Source: Chiloscyllium plagiosum (lineage: Eukaryota). From it: a stretch of 46,091 nt of DNA. The stretch spans positions 12,435,925 through 12,482,015 of the forward strand of contig NC_057752.1 in assembly GCF_004010195.1 (NCBI RefSeq). The letters are read 5' to 3'. The translations under genes and the position numbers were made by a program. The notes below the pieces were generated by a model, which worked only from the letters and a program-made list of their open reading frames with translations, had not been told where the DNA came from and did no database searches. Shown here one piece after another: positions 1-11,039 of this stretch. The stretch's first letter is position 1, and every line of letters starts with the position of its first letter.

Positions 1-122
1 CACTATGGGACAATTTAGCGCGGCCAATCCACCCTAACCTGCACATCCCTGGGCACTATGGGACAATTTAGCATAGCCAATCCACCCTAACCTGCATATC
101 CCTGGGCACTATGGGACAATTT
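1..122 (-). repeat. 53-bp tandem repeat derived from an HE1-type SINE body segment
   Basis: Unit CACTATGGGACAATTTAGC..CCAATCCACCCTAACCTGCACATCCCTGGG starts at 1, 54 and 107. It matches the SINE segment at 9750-9790 and, reverse-complemented, 40925-40965. Confidence 0.85.
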
Positions 123-307
123 CCAAGGAAACTGGCAGAGGATTGGGAGGGTCAGGCGGGGAGTGTGAGTGAGTGTTTGCGGCATGTCAGGAGCGCACTG
201 CCATGAGCAGCAGAGTATGAGCATTGCTGGGAAGTGGGTCTGAGACCGAGTCAGCGTGGGGTAGCAGGAGATACCGGAGCGGGGATGGTCATTGACCTTC
301 CTCCTAC

Positions 308-1015
308 TGTTATGGGCCAGGCCGCCCCCCCTCCCCCTCACCCCTGCCTCCAAACACATGAAGAAGGGAAGCTCAGACCCTAACTGTTCGAGTTGTTTCA
401 GGCTGAGGTGAGGTCGATACCCCAGGAGCGATGCAGCTGCTCAAACCACATGGCTTCAAGTGAAACAGAATTCCACACCACCGAGGGAAACACAAACCAC
501 AGGAAACCCAATTTCAACTAGCAACGATTTGCAAACCCAACCCAGACAATATTCCCCCACTTTCCTTCCCCCACCCCCGCAACGTAACAAAGGAACGGTT
601 TCGATTTCCTACAACATCCCCATAAACACACCCCTTGGCAAAAAAAAGGGTAAATTCAAGCCCAAGTTCTTACAGGAGAGAGAGATTGCAGAGAGGATCA
701 GCCAGGGATCATTGGCTGAAACATGGAAGCTGGGTTTTTATCCCCATGCAGCTGTCAATTTGGGCTCCCAGCTAAAACTAAAAACCAAACTAGAAAACGC
801 TGAACTGGGAGCACGGGCCACTCCCCTTTGATTGTACATGTGTTTGTAAAAAAAACCCTAAAAGCCCTTTTCCCTGCCTCTTGCCTTAGGCAGTATCTGT
901 TAGACATTAGCAAAGTGGCCTAAGCCCAGACATATCGAAACCTTTGCCTTTTACAATTCCCTTTTGGAAAAAACCAAGGACAACATCACCTTGTTAAAAG
1001 GGCAGCATTGTCACA
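308..1015 (-). mobile_element. Solo LTR (Gypsy-type)
   Basis: TGTTA...TCACA termini, with near-matching 4-bp flanks CTAC/GTAC. Shares blocks (GGTCAAACCA-like, AAGGACAA, terminal CATCRTCACA-like) with LTRs at 20598-21128 and 37844-38452. Confidence 0.7.
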
Positions 1016-1050
1016 GTACACTGTTGGGCATTCCTCCACAGCGTGGAGAC

Positions 1051-1660
1051 TGTGCCGACCAGACTGACAACCTCAAACCAGGGTGGTTATCTTATTTAAA
1101 GGCAAGTACATGGTACTGTGTTCCAGATGTAAGTTAATTGATCCACACCACTCAGCTTTAAGCAAACCACACTTTACTCTTTCCACTAGTTAAAATGCAA
1201 GCAAAAGAAAAAATGATTTGGAGAATTATTGGAAAGCTTAACAGAGTAGTGGATGATTTAACCAGTACCTGTTCCAATATAGTACCATACCATAAACTTG
1301 GCAAAGGCACATGCAGTGAAATAGATTGTCCCACATGCAGTTCTCCAGTCTGGGAGGAAAGAACATCAAGAGAAAACTCTCTGGCAGACAGGGATAATTC
1401 CAGCTTTTTCGCTGTAGCAGGGAGAGACATGTGGCAGCTTTCACAACTAACTTCAAAACCCCAGCAAAAAGCTAAACTAAAACCCTGGTTCTGTGGGAGC
1501 CAGACTCCACCCATTCAGGCTGCTTCTATTGTTCGAACTCCAAATGAAAAAAAAAACCCAAGCTTTATTGGCTTGGAAGAGAGAGCTGACTCCTCCATCT
1601 CAACCTCTATTCATATGAAAAAAAGGACAAAATGCACGTCTTAAAGCCATGGTATCACTC
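1051..1660 (-). mobile_element. Diverged LTR of the same superfamily
   Basis: GACCAGAC..CCTCAAA, GTGTTCCAGATGT, AAACCCTGGTTCTGTGGGAGC and AAGGACAAAAT..CTTAAAGC blocks also occur in the LTRs at 37844 and 40493. Confidence 0.55.
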
Positions 1661-2445
1661 CGTTGCAATAAATATTTTCTTGGTAATGATAAAAACCTGG
1701 TGTGGATGTTATTTAACCTGAATCAAGACAGGAAACGTAAATTGGCCATTATCGTACTTTAATCAAATTGGCAGACTTGTGGTGACTCAAGGCTCAATAT
1801 TGGTGTAATCTTCCAAGGGGACTGTTGCACTGTAACCCTGCCACTTCGGTCTGAATGATACCGTTTCTTTTGGCTCGGTCCAAGTTGCTTTGTATTTTTT
1901 TCGGAGGGATTTCCGCTGTAAGGCTGAACGTGTTTTTCTTGCCTTCTTGATATATCTGACCGTGCCAGTCATGGCGTCCCGATCCGGGTCTAACCTTACC
2001 ATGTGCCATTCCCCGAACAACCCGTCACTCACCAGACAGCCGCCAAAAGGCTGGCACCCCTGTGTCATTTGTAAAAAGGCCGCTGAGCACCCAGCTGGGC
2101 ACAGGAATTCCAAAACAGCCCTGCTCACTCAAGGACTGATTGCGAACACAGGGGAAGACGGTGCTGTGATTCTCCAGATGTGCTGGAGGGTGTGGGAGAG
2201 GGGAGGGCTGCACTCCTGAGTGGGTTCCCTCCAAGCTAGCTACAGAACCAGGGAGTACACACATGTTGGTGGCAGGGAGAGGAGAAAGAGGACCGACTGA
2301 GGGCACTTGGGAGACATGAATAAATACTGGAATGGTGTGTAAAGGTCACACCTCACATCTGGTTGTTTTTTTATTCCTCTGTCGAGCCCTGACTGGCTTT
2401 GTTCAACTTCCTGGTCAGAGATAAGATTCCATTTGTGAGAGTACT

Positions 2446-2575
2446 GTTCCTGAAGAAGGGCTCATGCCCGAAACGTCGATTCTCCTGTTCCTTGGATGTT
2501 GCCTGACCTGCTGCGCTTTTCCAGCACCACATTTTTCAGCTCTGATCTCCAGCATCAGAGACCTCACTTTCTCCT
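2446..2575 (+). mobile_element. Penelope (family A) terminal-repeat fragment
   Basis: Near-identical to the ends of the Penelope element at 14052-14180 and 16795-16889. Confidence 0.8.
2450..2477 (+). ncRNA. Minimal hammerhead ribozyme motif
   Basis: CUGAAGA-A-GGGC(UCAU)GCCC-GAAA-C-GUC: intact core, 4-bp stem II, predicted cleavage after 2477. Confidence 0.7.
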
Positions 2576-2576
2576 A

Positions 2577-3120
2577 CTGTCCCTTTAAGAGAGATTTATT
2601 CTCTGCTATTTCTCTTACAGGGATGTGTTGTCAGTGCTACATGAATGCCTGCCTCAGAAACACTGGGGAAACGAGGTCTGAGCTCCCTGAGTGTGTTTTT
2701 TTAAAGTGTTGGTAGGAGTAACAGAGAAATTCTCTGTTTTGGAACACAGTTTAACGTTGGTATCTGGATCACAGATAGGAGTAAGCTCTGATCCCCAGCA
2801 TCTGCGGACCTCACTTTCTCCTTGTGCCAGTGGAAAATCAAACAGCCGAGGTGTTACAGGATGGATACCCTGGGACTTTTTCCTGACTGTGTGATAACAA
2901 GGTCACAATGCTCCAGGTAAAAACATGCGTAGAAATCAAAGAAGAAGAGGGAAGGAAGTTGAAGCTCAATTATCAGAAACTATACTTGATCAAATGGTTG
3001 AGAAAGAAACAAGGACAGATAAAAGCCTTTTTAGTTCAGTTAGCTGACTTACAACAGAAGATGAAAAGTTGACACAATTGTATCAAATAGCATACACGGA
3101 AGAAGATCCCAGAATTTTGA
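2577..3120 (+). mobile_element. Gypsy LTR and internal fragments, with a small Penelope tail at about 2784-2821
   Basis: Starts TGTCCCTTTAAG; 2940-3110 resembles the protease-integrase linker seen at 27780-27960 (minus). Confidence 0.45.
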
Positions 3121-3505
3121 GAAGATTTGTAGCTCAGGTTGAGGTTCTGGATGTAGGTTTGCTTGCTGAGCTGGAAGGTTTGTTTTCAGACGTTTCGTCA
3201 CCATACTAGATAACATCATCAGTGAGCCTCCGGTGAAGCGCTGGTGTTAGTGACCCGCTTTCTATTTATGTGTTTAGGTTTCCTTGGGTTAGTGATGTCA
3301 TTTCCTGTGGTGAAGTATCCTCACATAAGGATGAGGAAGGGCACCACTTCGACTGGGACAACACATCCATCCCTGGACAAGCCAAACAGAGACACGCACG
3401 AGAATTCCTAGAAGTACGGCGTTCCCACTGGAACTCTATCAACAAACACATCGAGTTAGACCCCATCGACCACCCCCTGAGAAAAAGGGCAGGAAGTGAC
3501 ATCAC
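3121..3505. mobile_element. Penelope (family B) inverted fragment: minus-strand terminal repeat plus plus-strand GIY-YIG C-terminal piece
   Basis: The plus frame reads EEGHHFDWDNTSIPGQAKQRHAREFLE..SINKHIELDPI. 3299-3308 (CATTTCCTGT region) is the inverted match of 3490-3503 (CAGGAAGTGACATC). Homologous to 30652-31050. Confidence 0.8.
3189..3222 (-). ncRNA. Minimal hammerhead ribozyme motif (family B)
   Basis: Minus strand UCA-CUGAUGA-U-GUUAUC(UAGUAU)GGUGAC-GAAA-C-GUC-UGA: 6-bp stem II and 3-bp stem I. Confidence 0.75.
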
Positions 3506-3620
3506 CACACACAGACACGGGGAGAATGTGCAAACTCCACACAGGCAGTCACCCACGGCTGGATTCGGACCCGGGTCCCTGGTGCTATGAGGCAGCAGTG
3601 TTAACCACCATGCCACCCAT
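3503..3620 (-). mobile_element. HE1-type tRNA-derived SINE, 5' part
   Basis: Minus strand shows box A (TGGCATGGTGG-like) and box B (GGTCCGAATCC), followed by GGAGTTTGCACATTCTCCCCGTG. Confidence 0.85.
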
Positions 3621-4515
3621 ATGGGCATGCTGAAATGCTTGTCAGATGAAGAATGGTTGGACAGGGCACCTCTGCAGAGGAAATAAGAAGTACAGAGATA
3701 CAGAACGATGACTGAGAGCGAAGGACCTACTTCTAGCTTTGTGCACACGGTGACCGGCAATCGTTTGCACTGTTGCCCAGCGTTTGATGTAAACGTTCTG
3801 AAGTGGACTCCGAGTTAACCTGGGCCCAGTTTCCGCTGCCAGGACTGCTGCCCTCTCACCCTGCCTGGCGTCCTCACACCTTGGGTGTCAGGAGGAGAGT
3901 GGAAAACGTATGAAGGACATCATGAGGCCAGTGGAATGAGCAGACAAGCAGCAGATTACAACTCAACACAGAGCTGGATGGAAAGCTTCTGTTTGGTTGG
4001 AAAAACACAGTTTCGAATTGACTCCTTGATTTCGCGTTACCTTTCTGAGTGTCAGGGCAAAAGGGAGCTGTGGCGGCCTGAAAGAGGTTGACAATGCAGT
4101 TAATAATGCAGACAGCATTCTGAGCGCAAGCAAGAGGGTACAAAAGAGTCAAAACTACTGGTTCAAGCTCAGAGAAGGCATCAGAAAGTCAGGGAAGGAA
4201 AAGGATGTAGGAATGATCTTCCATCGGTGAACAGGTTCGGAAAGAGCATTTGGCACTGCATCCAAGATGTCAGTTTTCAGACAATGCGGTATCCAGAAGA
4301 AATAGGCCACGAAGGCATTCGGATCGGATCGGCTTTCAACAGGAATGCCTCAGGTTGGACCAACATCACCCGTGGCATGGCAGCAGAAAGAGCTGCAAAC
4401 GGGTTCAACTCCTCCAGGAAAGCCCGGGTTGACGGAAGGCTGAAAACACCATTGGAAGTGAGCAGATTTTCGGATACACACCTGCCAAGCTCCACTCACA
4501 CTCTTCAAATCTTGG

Positions 4516-4613
4516 TGCCAATCCCCTTTCACCCCACTCTGCCCTCAGCGCCAATCCCCTTTCACCCCACTCTGCTCTCAATGCCAATCCCCTTTCACCC
4601 CACTCTGCCCTCA
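4516..4613. repeat. 33-bp minisatellite running into an assembly gap
   Basis: Three copies of GCCAATCCCCTTTCACCCCACTCTGCCCTCA(GC/AT). Confidence 0.9.
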
Positions 4614-5221
4614 NNNNNNNNNNNNNNNNNNNNNNNNNNNNNNNNNNNNNNNNNNNNNNNNNNNNNNNNNNNNNNNNNNNNNNNNNNNNNNNNNNNNNNN
4701 NNNNNNNNNNNNNNNNNNNNNNNNNNNNNNNNNNNNNNNNNNNNNNNNNNNNNNNNNNNNNNNNNNNNNNNNNNNNNNNNNNNNNNNNNNNNNNNNNNNN
4801 NNNNNNNNNNNNNNNNNNNNNNNNNNNNNNNNNNNNNNNNNNNNNNNNNNNNNNNNNNNNNNNNNNNNNNNNNNNNNNNNNNNNNNNNNNNNNNNNNNNN
4901 NNNNNNNNNNNNNNNNNNNNNNNNNNNNNNNNNNNNNNNNNNNNNNNNNNNNNNNNNNNNNNNNNNNNNNNNNNNNNNNNNNNNNNNNNNNNNNNNNNNN
5001 NNNNNNNNNNNNNNNNNNNNNNNNNNNNNNNNNNNNNNNNNNNNNNNNNNNNNNNNNNNNNNNNNNNNNNNNNNNNNNNNNNNNNNNNNNNNNNNNNNNN
5101 NNNNNNNNNNNNNGGAACAACAAAAATCCTGACACACACGACACGGAGTGAATGAAATATTGACAAATCACGAAGAAATCCGGGTAGGCTCCACCTATCT
5201 TCATTGACAGCAGGGTATTAA

Positions 5222-5985
5222 TGTTATGAAGTTGAAAGTGTGCACTGTACCTTTAAGGGAAAGGGAAAGCTGTTCTGAACTGAGAGCTTCTGAGCACCTG
5301 TGGTATGAGAGGATGGCAGACCCTGAGTGTCAAAGACACCTGAAAATATATCCCATTTGGCTATGACATAGATCCCTGAGATGGTTGCTCTTTGGACAGC
5401 TTTTCGAATTTTGACAATCAGGATGACTAAAACCTGGAGACTAAAACCAAATCACGTTTGAATTTGTTGTTTTTCGAAAATCGAACCAATGAGATAATAC
5501 AATGTTGTGGATATTAAGAATGCAGGCATTTTGAAAATTGCAGACAGAGCAAATGCCATCAACACAGATCCAAGAAATTAGGAAACGCTCTCTATCAAAG
5601 GTACCTTCTCATATGGAACATATCCGCAGTAAACAGAAAGAAGATGACCCAGGGAGATCTATAGTGAAGAAGACATCGAAATCAACAGCTGCTGTGTGGT
5701 TTTGACATTAAGTTAATGCAATTTCAATAAGCAGCTATTAAAACAGTATATTGCTATATAGCTGGAGTTGGTTAATAAGCAGTTTAGAGAAAGAGGGTCT
5801 CAGAGTTGTGAATAGTTGATGTAAAATGTTTACTTTCAGAGTAAAAAAAAAATTGATTTTTTTTATTTAAACATTGGAATTTGGGGGTTTTCTGCGACTC
5901 ATTTTTTTATATTTTATGAGGTGAATTGAGCATTTCTTTATATTTAGTTTATATTCCAAGATGTGCTTCACGCCGTGTCCTAACA
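5222..5985 (+). mobile_element. Solo LTR
   Basis: TGTTATGAAG...CCTAACA termini. The start matches the reverse complement of the LTR end at 25290-25316. Confidence 0.7.
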
Positions 5986-6189
5986 AATGTTGTGTGTTGT
6001 ATCTGTGTGTCTCTGTGTGGGGCAGGTCTGGCAGTCTCCGTGCTCTTTAAACTGATGCAATGCCTCCCTCTGCTGACCTCCACACGCCACTGCACAGACA
6101 TTGGTAGAGGGGGAAAACCAACAGGGATTCATTCAGAGATGGGGAGGGAGAGGGCAGTTGCTCACAGCACCATCCAAACTGATGTATTA

Positions 6190-7035
6190 TAAACGTACTG
6201 ATCTAAATCTCCTTTAAAATTTTTAACTGTCCCTGCTTTCACCACTTCCTCTGGAAGTTCATTCCACACACAAGCCATCTTCTGTCCAAAACAATTGCCT
6301 TTCAAGAGTTTTGTAAATCTTTTTCTGCGCACATTAAACTATCCCCCAGTCTTGAATCCCCCGACTCTAGCGAAAAGACATCAGCCCTTCAGCTTATCTG
6401 TACCCCTCATGATGTTATAAACCTCTGTAAAGTTACCCTTTAATCTCATACTCTCCAGTGAGAAATTTTCCATCCTATCCAGCCTCTCCTTATAGCTCAA
6501 TCCCTCCATTCCCAGCAACATCCAAGTTAATCTGTTCTGAACCCTCTGCAGCTTAATAATATCAAGGTCAATAATATCAAAGTGAATAGTCAATTCCTTT
6601 TCTGAGGGTAGGGGTGGACCAAAACGAGACAGCATAGCTTTAAGGTCTTACGGCTAACATTTAAAAGTGACCTAAGGGGCAGCTTTTTCACCCAGAGGGT
6701 AGTGTGCTTATGGAATGAGCTGGCAGGATGACCAGACTGGACACAGTATTCCAGAAGAGGTCTCACCAATGTCCTGTACATCCTCAACATGACTTCCCAA
6801 TTCCGATAAACAAAGGTCTGACCAATGAAGACAAGTGTGCTGAACGCCTTTTTGACCACACTATCTATATGAGATGCAAATTCTAAAGAATTATACCTGA
6901 CGGCCTAGGTCACTGTTCTACAACATTGCCAAAGGCCCTACTTTTAATTGTATTAGTCCTGCTCTTTTTTGATTTACCAAATCCAATACCTCGCATTAAT
7001 CCAAACTATACACCATCTGCCACTCCTCAGCCCAG
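6190..7035. mobile_element. Rearranged CR1 LINE ORF2 C-terminal fragments (minus/plus/minus)
   Basis: Translations read LQRVQNRLTWMLLGMEGLSYKERLDR and VKKAFSTL..RTLVRPLLEYCVQ. Confidence 0.85.
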
Positions 7036-7611
7036 TGAGTGATATCACTGTCTCCTCACCTTCCCCGTTTAATTTTAAAATTCCATCCCCATCTCCAGGA
7101 AGCCTGCATACTCCGGCCTTGATTTTCGCAAATACCCTGAGCTTGGGTTGCCTTGTGTGGTTGGGGAGGAGGGACAGATTGCAGACACAGTCAGGGGGGT
7201 GAGGAGGGGAGGCTTGAATGTAAACAGTGGTCAGGTAACATTTCATGGTTTTAGGCAGAGGGCAGACACACGTGAGAGTTGGGTAATACTGAGCGGTGTT
7301 TTGGGGCCAGAAATTATGGTCTTTCTCCGTCTCCGGTGATCAGTAATAAATATCTATTCGAGACTGTTCAGTCTGCAGAGTGTGCCTGCAGGATTTCTTT
7401 CCCTAATATTGCAGACTACAGATAATAGCAATTAAAGACGATCATAGTTAATTTCAATGGCACAGCCCGTGCACTCAACATCCTATAGTTGAGACAAATA
7501 TCCTGCATTTGTTTAACAAAGAAAGTGTTTTGTGTAGTTCAGTAATGGTAACCTGATTATACTAAATCCACACCGAGCTGAAAGCTGACACTTAAAATAT
7601 GACACAAAATC

Positions 7612-7862
7612 TGGGTATGGTAGTGCAGTGGGTAGTGTCCCTGCCTCTAAGCTACCACTCTGTATTTGGTTCTAATTCCTGAATTCGTGTGGTAATGTTC
7701 ATACCTCTGGACTAGAAGGTCTGGATTCAAGTTCCGCTTATTGCAGAGGTTGGCATAGCATGTCAGAACAAGCTGATGAGCAAACGCATCTCCAGGATCA
7801 AAGGTCTAGGTGTAAATCCCACAGAAGTGTCTCATGATACATCTGAACAAACTGATTGAAAT
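7612..7862 (+). mobile_element. Three adjacent degenerate tRNA-derived SINE heads
   Basis: Repeated GTGCAGTGG(G)TAGTGTCCCT.CCTCT, GGATTCAAGT and CATG/ACATCTGAACAA.CTGAT blocks. Confidence 0.5.
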
Positions 7863-7958
7863 AGATTTAGAATTGTGACTTGATGGAGAAGGAAGAGGTA
7901 TCAGTATTGAATTTCAGAATGTAGGCCCAGGATGACTGGAAGTGCAACTATTTGTGTT

Positions 7959-9564
7959 GATTGGAGTCACATTTCGCAACAGTAGAGGTTTATAAAATCA
8001 GAATGGTCATGGATAGGGTGAGTAGTCAGGTCTTTACCCCAGGTTAGGGGCGTCCAAAACTAGAGTGCATTGTTTGAAAGTGAAAGGGGAAAGGTTTGGT
8101 GAGGTCTCAGGGGCACCTTTTCATGAAGAGTGTGGTGTGCGCATGGAATGAGCTGCCAGAGGAGGTGGTGGAGGCTGGTACAACTACAACATCTAAAAAA
8201 ACATGCTGGGTACTGACAGGCCTGCCGAGCTTTTCCAGCAATTTCTGTATTTGTTCAAAAATGCATTCATTTTAACACAGCTATTCTGGATAAATTAAAC
8301 ATTTTATTTTTTTTAAATGACGCAGGGACATATAAACCTGTCTTCAAATCGGTGAGGTAAAAACAATGACTGCAGATGCTGTAAACCAGATTCTGGATTA
8401 GTGGTGCTGGAAGAGCACAGCAGTTCAGGCAGCATCCAAGGAGCAGCGAAATCAGTGACCAAGACCATTTTCTGCTCAGGATATAACTCTGTGTATGACA
8501 GCAGCAATGATGCACCTACATGGAGCAGTTATTGTGATGGAGACATAGTTTGGACAATGTACAAGGAGACCTCACATGGTCCAGTTTGGGAGAGGATGAT
8601 ATTACTGTGTGATTCAACTCAGAGAGGGAGAAAATGTATTCTGCCCGAGAAGGAATGGTGTATTGTACTCTCTGTCCTTCATTATTCCTCATCACAGCAA
8701 TGTGTGCGATTGGAGTCACATTTCGCAACAGTAGAGGTTTATAAAATCAGAATGGTCATGGATAGGGTGACTGGTCAGGTCTTTACCCCAGGTTAGGGGC
8801 GTCCAAAACTAGAGTGCATTGTTTGAAAGTGAAAGGGGAAAGGTTTGGTGAGGTCTCAGGGGCACCTTTTCACGAAGAGTGTGGTGTGCGTATGGAATGA
8901 GCTGCCAGAGGAGGTGGTGGAGGCTGGTACAACTACAACATCTAAAAAACATGCTGGGTACTGACAGGCCTGCCGAGCTTTTCCATCAATTTCTGTATTT
9001 GTTCAAAAATGCATTCATTTTAACACAGCTATTCTGGATATATTAAACATTTTATTTTTTTTAAATGACGCAGGGACATATAAACCTGTCTTCAAATCGG
9101 TGAGGTAAAAACAATGACTGCAGATCATTTTAACACAGCTATTCTGGATATATTAAACATTTTATTTTTTTAAATGACGCAGGGACATATAAACCTGTCT
9201 TCAAATCGGTGAGGTAAAAACAATGACTGCAGATGCTGTAAACCAGATTCTGGATTAGTTGTGCTGGAAGATCACAGCAGTTCAGGCAGCATCCAAGGAG
9301 CAGCGAAATCAGTGACCAAGACCATTTTCTGCTAAGGATATAACTCTGTGTATGACAGCAGCAATGATGCACCTAGATGGAGCAGTGAATGTGATGGAGA
9401 CATAGTTTGGACAATGTACAAGGAGACCTCACATGGTCCAGTTTGGGAGAGGATGATATTACTGTGTGATTCAACTCAGAGAGGGAGAAAATGTATTCTG
9501 CCCGAGAAGGAATGGTGTATTGTACTCTCTGTCCTTCATTATTCCTCATCACAGCAATGTGTGC
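7959..9564. repeat. Tandem duplication, 749-bp unit (7959-8707 / 8708-9564), with a nested 110-bp duplication (9015-9124 / 9125-9233)
   Basis: Direct comparison. The unit contains a CR1 3' fragment, a Penelope-type tail and unique sequence. Confidence 0.95.
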
Positions 9565-9609
9565 GAGCTAAAAAAAAAACCTCTACAGTCAAAGTTACCA
9601 TTCTTGTTT

Positions 9610-9945
9610 TCATAGAATTCCTGCAGTGTGGAAACAAGCCCTTTGTCCCAACACTTACATACCAAGCTTCCAAAGAACAACCTTCCAAGACTCGTTCCCC
9701 TCCATTTACCCCTGACTAATTTTACTAACCTAAAAATCCCTGAACAGTGTGGACAATTTAGCATGACAAATCCACCTAACCCTCACAGCATTGGACTGTG
9801 GGAGGGAACTGGAGCATTCATTAGAAGCTCACACAAACAGGGGAGAATGTGCAAACTCCACGCAGATAGTCGCCCGAGGCAGGAATCAAAACCAAGTTCC
9901 TGGTGCTGTGAAGCAGCGTTGCTAACCATTGAGCCACCGTGCTGC
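9610..9945 (-). mobile_element. HE1-type SINE, near full length
   Basis: Minus strand begins GCAGCACGGTGGCTCAATGGTTAGC; CR1-like tail near 9610-9650. Confidence 0.85.
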
Positions 9946-10061
9946 TCTTTGGGCGATCGCTGACCAGAATTCATTGGAATTTCCTCACTGCCTAATGCAA
10001 AGGGAATTCAGCGAAATCGAACGTTTCCAGGATGAAATCCCATTGCTAGGAGCTTGTGCGA

Positions 10062-10856
10062 GTAGAACAAAGAAAATTTACAGCCCAGCGAAAGGCCCTT
10101 CATTCCTCCCAGCCTGAGCCGATCCAAATCTACTGTCGGTCAACTCCTAAGCATCTGTAACCCTCTGCTTCCCACCTACTCATGCAGTTATCCAGATGCA
10201 TTTTAAATGAATCTACCATGCCTGCCTCTACCACTTCTGCTGGCAACGCATTCCAAATGCCCAAACCTCCGTGTGAAGTACTTGCCGTGTGTATCTCCCA
10301 TAAACTTTCCACCTCTCACCTTGAAACCGTGATCTCTCGTTATTGAATCCTTCACCCTGGGAAAAGAAGTTTGTCTCTATCTTTCCTGTCTATAACCTTC
10401 ATGATTTTGTAAAGCTCAATCAGGTTCCCCCTCAATCTCCTTTTTTCTAACCTACTCAACCTTTCTTCATAGCTAGCACCTTCCATACCAAACAACAGCC
10501 TCGTTAACCTTCTTTGCACCCTCTCCAAAGCGTCCACATTATTTTGGTAATGCGGCGATCAGAACTGTACACAGTATTCTAAATACGGCTGAACCAACGT
10601 CTTGTACAATGTTAACATGACTCGCCACTTCTTATAATCAATACCCCGTCCAATGAAGGCAAGCATGCCATATGCATTCTTGACCACACTGTCCACCTGT
10701 GCAACAATCCTCAGGGTAAAAAGGACCTGCACTTCCAGATCTCTCTGCACATCAACGTTTCCCAAGGCTCTTCCGTTCATTGTATAATTCGCTCTAGAAT
10801 AAGTATTGCCTACATGCATCACCTCACATTTATCTGGATTAAAAACTATCTGCCAC
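10062..10856 (-). mobile_element. CR1 LINE 3' portion (continues at 19490-19818 on the other side of the L1)
   Basis: FNPDKCEVMHVG..YKTLVQPYLEYCVQF and ALERVQRRLTRLL; joins seamlessly to 19490 onward across the TSD ATCTGCCAC. Confidence 0.9.
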
Positions 10857-10864
10857 GGGGATCT

Positions 10865-10874
10865 AAGATGGCGG
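10865..10874 (+). promoter_or_regulatory. YY1-type motif at the L1 5' end
   Basis: AAGATGGCGG lies 8 nt from the element start, as in mammalian L1 internal promoters. Confidence 0.6.
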
Positions 10875-11039
10875 TGATCTGAGAAGATCACACTGTAGAG
10901 CTTCGCATCGCACCAGTAGCAGGACGGTTCTTTACCCCACCCAACCCAGGTCATCAGGATTTCTTGGGGCATTGGAAAGATTGTGGAGCCCCAAGAAACA
11001 TTTAAAAATTGACTTACCTGTATTTTCAGCTGTACAGAA

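Noticed and set aside
1790..1860. Chromodomain-like KWQGY...EP motif
   Set aside because: Only a few residues match and the rest of the fold pattern is absent.
3540..3620. tRNA gene
   Set aside because: The box A/B sequence continues into the SINE body; these are SINE heads, not tRNAs.
4516..4613. Collagen-like GERGLA / GQSGVKGD readings of the 33-bp repeat
   Set aside because: The Gly-X-Y register is not maintained and the GQSGVK frame has a stop in each unit; simple minisatellite.
4227..5204. Long ORFs of 180-300 aa, also at 14256-15598 and 45019-45631
   Set aside because: Their length comes from translating N gaps.
6025..6103. Plus-strand exon-like segment, also 33841-33871
   Set aside because: Isolated splice-like signals with no partner exons or recognisable peptide.
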